Shown here piece after piece: positions 59,889-63,703 of a DNA stretch of 63,703 nucleotides. The notes under the pieces were generated by a model. The model was not told the DNA's origin, did no database searches, and saw only the letters and a list, made by a program, of their open reading frames with translations. The translations under genes were made by a program, and so were the position numbers. Position 1 is the stretch's first letter; each line of letters starts with the position of its first letter. Source of the DNA: a virus; the IMG/VR virus record IMGVR_UViG_3300045988_161557; one strand, written 5' to 3'.

Positions 59889-60307
59889 TTCTGTGCCTTC
59901 TCGTCATCTGCTGCCTGGCAGTGCCGAGAGCTTACGTAACCCAGCACACAAGCCTGCTGTCAGCACTCACCTATCACTTCACACATGCGAACGCCTGGCA
60001 CGTGGCGCTCAATTTCCTCTTCCTGCTGAGGTACAAGCCGAGATGGAAGAGCGCGCTGTCGGGATGGCTCTGCGCCTCTGTGGCAGCGCTGTCGCCGCTT
60101 GCCGCATGCACGATGCCCACGTGCGGGCTGTCAGGCATGTGCTACGCGATGATAGCGCGCAGCGATGTATGGTACGGCAGGCCTAACTGGGTGCTGCTCC
60201 TCAGCAACGTGCCGCTGGCACTCTGGGGAGGCTTCAACTGGAAAATACACTTATCGTCTTACACTTTATCGTACATACTATGGACTATACTCCACCGAAG
60301 AAAATAA
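59834..60307 (+). CDS. Minimal rhomboid-like intramembrane serine protease
   Basis: 157 aa with about 6 hydrophobic segments. LTYHFTHANAWHVALNFLFL (H-x4-H-x3-N), TCGLSGMCYAMIA (GxSG) and NWKIHLSSY (TM6 His). Confidence 0.5.
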   Translation: MENAKTKAKPLAKTEDYLILCLLVICCLAVPRAYVTQHTSLLSALTYHFTHANAWHVALNFLFLLRYKPRWKSALSGWLCASVAALSPLAACTMPTCGLSGMCYAMIARSDVWYGRPNWVLLLSNVPLALWGGFNWKIHLSSYTLSYILWTILHRRK

Positions 60308-62787
60308 TAAAGCCGCTCTCGGGAACCAGCACACTGGCCGAGCGTGTGGCGAAGAAGGAGGCTGACGCGCAGGAGGTCAAGGGGAACTCGGATGCCTTCA
60401 AGGTCTTCTCCGAAGAGCCTACCAAGAAGAAAAAGAAACCCTACGTGCGGACGCACGAACAGAAGCTCATGCCCACCAACCCGAACATGGAGGAGGATCG
60501 TGAACCTACGCATGCCCGAAAATCGCTCCTTGAGGCCATAGGAGGGGACTTCTCGCCAGAGGTGGAACAAGTGCCCGCCGAAGAGGAGAAACGCGCCACA
60601 GAGGCCGAAAACGAGGAAAACAGCGCTACCCTGCCTGACTTGCAGGACGAAATAGAGCGTGAGGCGGCACGCGCGAAGGAGGAGCCGACCCTTGAGGCCA
60701 TCATACAGGAGGACGAGAGGAGGATGGCAAGACTCACCCTGCAGGGCATTGACCAGATAACTGGGGAGGGCATGCCCGCCCACACAGAGCGCGTGGAGAT
60801 ACCCGACTACCCGATACCCGTGCAGTGGCTCACCAGGGAGGTCGCCTTGCAGCCGATGTACCAGAAGGTTATGGCGCTCGGCAGCATCAGTGCCTATGTG
60901 GAGTGGTTCAACCTGGTTCACAAGAGAGAACTGGAAGGCTCGGCCATCAACGAAGAGGATGTCATGCGCCAGCTCTTCCTGCTGCGCTTGCAGAGAGACC
61001 CGTCCTTCGCATTCGCCAAGTGCTTCTACATCGCACACAAGCAGAGCGGAAAGAACGTGCCGTTCATCCTCAACTACGCACAGATAATACTGCTGGAGAG
61101 ACTTGAGCGCATGCGCAGGCAGGGAAGGCCTATAAGACTGGTGCTCCTCAAGGCGAGGCAGTGGGGAGGCTCAACGCTGGTGCAGCTCTACATGGCGTGG
61201 ATCCAAATCTTCATAAGGCAGGGATGGAACTCCGTCATCATCGCGCAGACGAAAGACACGGCAAGACGTATCAAGGGCATGTACTCCAGAACGCTCATGC
61301 ACTTCCCTGCCGATGTCGTCTTCAACGTGCCTAAGCTGCGCTTCTCACCCAAGGAGGGTTCATCCTCAGACTCCACCATCACGGACGAGCAGGGGAAGGT
61401 GGTGCGCGACAACGTGGTTACCATCGCTTCGTTCGAGAACTTCGAGGCTACGCGAGGCTCCAACTTCGCTATGGCGCACTTCTCGGAGGTGGCCTACTGG
61501 ACAACCACCCAGGGAAAGACAGCAGAGTCCGTCATCACGAACATCGCGGGAGGAATGCTGATAGCGCCTCTCACGCTGGAGGTCATGGAGTCAACGGCCA
61601 ACGGTATGTCGGGTTTGTTCTATGATGCCTACCAACTGGCCAAGGACAAGAAGAAGAAGTCTTCGCGTGAAGCGCTCTTCATCCCGTTCTTCTACATCGC
61701 ACACGACACCATACCGTTCAGGAGCGTCAACGAGAAACTGAACTTCGCAAGAGAGCTGCTACTTAATCGCTACGATGAGACAGAGACACCAACCACAGAG
61801 TCAGGCCACTACCTGTGGTCTCTCTGGCAGAAAGGCGCATCGCTGGAGTCCATCAACTGGTACATAGCAGAGCGCGCGGGACACCACAGCCACGCGGGTA
61901 TCGCTTCAGAGGCGCCGTCCGATGACGTGGAATGCTTCAAGCACTCTGGCCACACCATCTTTGACCAGTACCTCGTTGACCGCTACAGGCAGGAGTACGC
62001 ACGTGACCCCGACTATATGGGCGACATCATGCAGGGCGATGACAGGGTGCCGCGTCTCCTGCCGCAAGACCCCAAGGGGCTTCTGTGGATATGGCAGCGC
62101 CCCGACAACGCCCCGACCTGTGACCGCTATATCGTGGTGGTCGATGTGGGAGGGCGCTCCACAAAGGCGGACTTCTCAGTGATTACGGTGGTTGACCGCT
62201 GGCCGCTGCGCTTCGGGGGCAAGGCAGAGGTGGTAGCCCGATGGCGAGGACACATACGCTACGACTTCCTGGCATACAAGGCGGTCATGGTGGCCACCTA
62301 CTACCAGATGGCACTCCTTGTCTTCGAGTCCAACACATACGACAAAAAGAAAGCAGAGGCTTCCGAGTTCGTTGAACAGGGCGACCACACACGCGGCATC
62401 CTCGAGACCATCGAGCACACCTACAAAAATCTTTACATGCGTGCTTCCACCTCTCCCGAAGACATCCGCAACGGACGGTACAAGAAGATAGGATTTCAAA
62501 CGAACGCGAAAACGAAACAGGATATGGTTGACCACTTCATCGTGTCCTTCGAGGACAACGTGCGTTTCCTTGACCCCGATTACAGAGCCTATGAGGAGAT
62601 GGCAATCTACGAACAAAGGGAAGATGGTTCATACGGTAACATCGAAGGACGCGACAACCACGATGACATTCTGATGACGGACATGATTGCCGACCTCATC
62701 TCAGACCGTATGCCACTGCCGTCAACGGCCAAGCCTGCCGCACGTGAGGGGATGAACTTCGAGACCATCAACGAGTCGTTCCTGTAG
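60280..62787 (+). CDS. terL: Terminase large subunit with a ~250-aa charged N-terminal extension
   Basis: LLKARQWGGSTLVQ (Walker A-like) and IVVVDVGGRSTKADFSVITVVD (RNase H-like nuclease Asp). The N-terminus is Lys/Glu-rich low complexity. Confidence 0.8.
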   Translation: MDYTPPKKIIKPLSGTSTLAERVAKKEADAQEVKGNSDAFKVFSEEPTKKKKKPYVRTHEQKLMPTNPNMEEDREPTHARKSLLEAIGGDFSPEVEQVPAEEEKRATEAENEENSATLPDLQDEIEREAARAKEEPTLEAIIQEDERRMARLTLQGIDQITGEGMPAHTERVEIPDYPIPVQWLTREVALQPMYQKVMALGSISAYVEWFNLVHKRELEGSAINEEDVMRQLFLLRLQRDPSFAFAKCFYIAHKQSGKNVPFILNYAQIILLERLERMRRQGRPIRLVLLKARQWGGSTLVQLYMAWIQIFIRQGWNSVIIAQTKDTARRIKGMYSRTLMHFPADVVFNVPKLRFSPKEGSSSDSTITDEQGKVVRDNVVTIASFENFEATRGSNFAMAHFSEVAYWTTTQGKTAESVITNIAGGMLIAPLTLEVMESTANGMSGLFYDAYQLAKDKKKKSSREALFIPFFYIAHDTIPFRSVNEKLNFARELLLNRYDETETPTTESGHYLWSLWQKGASLESINWYIAERAGHHSHAGIASEAPSDDVECFKHSGHTIFDQYLVDRYRQEYARDPDYMGDIMQGDDRVPRLLPQDPKGLLWIWQRPDNAPTCDRYIVVVDVGGRSTKADFSVITVVDRWPLRFGGKAEVVARWRGHIRYDFLAYKAVMVATYYQMALLVFESNTYDKKKAEASEFVEQGDHTRGILETIEHTYKNLYMRASTSPEDIRNGRYKKIGFQTNAKTKQDMVDHFIVSFEDNVRFLDPDYRAYEEMAIYEQREDGSYGNIEGRDNHDDILMTDMIADLISDRMPLPSTAKPAAREGMNFETINESFL

Positions 62788-62853
62788 CCGTTACACACGT
62801 GTAGCGTTTTCTTACCGTACTTTATAGGGGAGGCCGAGCAGCTGAACCAGTAG

Positions 62854-62895
62854 AAAAAGAGTGGCGAGGGCAGCGTGTCGTAGCCACTCTTTTTT
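62854..62895 (+). terminator. Rho-independent terminator after terL
   Basis: AAAAAGAGTGGC - 17 nt - GCCACTCTTTTTT (stem AGAGTGGC/GCCACTCT plus a T-run). Confidence 0.75.
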
Positions 62896-62970
62896 GCGTC
62901 TGGCCATACCGACATGGGAGGCGGTGTGACGAGCGAAGCAGCGGGGCAAAAATGATGAAAAAGAGGGCTT

Positions 62971-63371
62971 GTTACAACGTGTAACAAACAAAAATTGTCT
63001 GTAACGCTTATAAGTATCTATGAGACATATAGTTACGCACGCTTGTTACAAAGCGCTACGAAAAACGCTATAACTTATATATACGTATTATGGTATAATT
63101 GTAATACGTATATAGCAATATATGCATTTATATGTTTTATATATATTTTATTGTAACATTGTAACAGATAATTGTACATAACAGTAAAACAGAATGTTAG
63201 CGGTGTTACAATAGCCGTTACAATAGCCGTTACAATAATACATTTCGATTGTCACAAACCAGCGCAACGCAAAAACCGCATTTTTCGGGCTGAAACGAGA
63301 AATTGCACATTTTGCGCGTTTTGTGCAGTTTTTCATCGGCAAAAGTGTTACAATAGAAAGGTGTTACAATA
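62971..63371. repeat. GTTACAA-box array with an embedded AT-rich stretch
   Basis: GTTACAA at 62971, 63045, 63205, 63217, 63229, 63347 and 63363 (three as a 12-bp tandem GTTACAATAGCC). TTGTAAC at 63151 and 63159. Partial GTAAC/GTTAC at 62981, 63001 and 63032. 63061-63150 is AT-rich with an ATACGTAT dyad twice. Confidence 0.8.
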
Positions 63372-63571
63372 CAATACCCAACTTCACACTGGTCAGAAAC
63401 ACGGGTTACTCGGAATGCAAAAGTGTCTTCCCAATACCTTTCAACCTGCATTACAGACATACACGGGAAGAAATCTACGAACAGATAAACCGCTTTGCCG
63501 ACCTACTCCCCCACATTTCTGGTATGCCAAGCAAGGTGTAACGTATTCTTACCTCCTAAAATAATTCCTGC

Positions 63572-63612
63572 GGCCTATATGGAGAGTCCTCGTATGGGAC
63601 CCAACCTCCCCT
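63572..63612. repeat. Imperfect ~40-bp direct repeat, left flank of the iteron array (partner at 281-320)
   Basis: See the partner feature; the shared core is ATATGGAGAGTCCTC...GGGACCC.ACC.CCCCT. Confidence 0.6.
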
Positions 63613-63630
63613 ATAAGCCCGCCTTACCAA

Positions 63631-63703
63631 ACCGCAAAACGAGCCACACGCGTACATCTCAGAGCAGGAAAACGAGCCGCACAAAGCCGTAAAACGAACC
63701 TTC
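63631..63703. repeat. Iteron array, left part, running into the terminal redundancy
   Basis: AAAACGA cores at 63636, 63669 and 63691 (spacings 33 and 22). nt 63649-63703 are identical to 1-55. Confidence 0.9.

Larger units (their letters stand above)
1..63703. mobile_element. Complete temperate tailed-phage genome (terminally redundant or circularly closed assembly)
   Basis: nt 63649-63703 are identical to nt 1-55. Integrase plus XRE repressor, terminase, portal-like, capsid-like, lysis cassette and a full replication module are all present. Genes are tightly packed outside one ~2.1-kb junction region. Confidence 0.8.

Noticed and set aside
63205-63240. 3 x 12-bp tandem GTTACAATAGCC as a mini-CRISPR or microsatellite.
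   Set aside because: It is too short and has no spacers. It is part of the wider GTTACAA box family.
63172-63564. ORFs 63172-63564 (130 aa), 63230-63460 (76 aa) and 63323-63541 (72 aa) in the junction region.
   Set aside because: They mutually overlap and are built over the GTTACAA repeat array, with odd composition and no motif. They are most likely non-coding, though this is unverified.
1-63703. Stop-codon reassignment (TAG/TGA recoding), as seen in some gut phages.
   Set aside because: All major genes, including the 14.3-kb ORF, are open in the standard code. No pattern of in-frame stops splitting conserved domains was seen.

Overview
The window reads as a complete, terminally redundant genome of about 63.6 kb. 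The last 55 nt equal the first 55 nt, so it is probably circular or circularly assembled. It looks like a temperate tailed dsDNA phage of a Bacteroidota-type host: TAnnTTTG -7 promoter boxes, a Bacteroidetes-type tyrosine integrase, and long ORFs open in the standard code. Layout: (i) A gene-free control region of about 2.1 kb spans the junction (62.8-63.7 kb plus 0-1.2 kb). It holds a GTTACAA-box array, an AT-rich stretch, a helically phased iteron array and a GC-rich CGCGTAT-box region. (ii) One minus-strand early operon of about 32 kb runs from 34.4 to 1.9 kb. It carries small early genes and a replication module (DUF2800 nuclease, DUF2815 SSB, family-A DNA polymerase, VirE-type primase-helicase, VRR-NUC, SNF2). 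It also carries an accessory stretch (DUF2829 Tad2-like fusion, MazG-like, two beta-helix paralogs, a circularly permuted C5-methyltransferase) and ends in a 4,782-aa polyvalent giant protein. (iii) A lysogeny module lies at 35.2-38.6 kb: XRE repressor, small membrane proteins, twin 32-34-aa peptides, a secreted protein and the integrase. (iv) A structural/lysis region lies at 38.6-59.3 kb with portal-like, capsid-like and scaffold-like genes, holin, endolysin, u-spanin, tail-fibre-like genes and a complete diversity-generating retroelement (target, avd, TR, RT). (v) A plus-strand terminase operon at 59.4-62.8 kb includes a minimal rhomboid-like protease. The most noteworthy observations are: the DGR with adenine-specific TR/VR mismatches; the giant polyvalent protein with an embedded inorganic-pyrophosphatase-like domain; the permuted m5C methyltransferase; the Tad2-like fusion; the phage rhomboid; a conserved dyad box + N18 + TAnnTTTG late-promoter architecture; and the multi-repeat junction region. 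All functional names come from reading motifs in the translations; no database search was possible.
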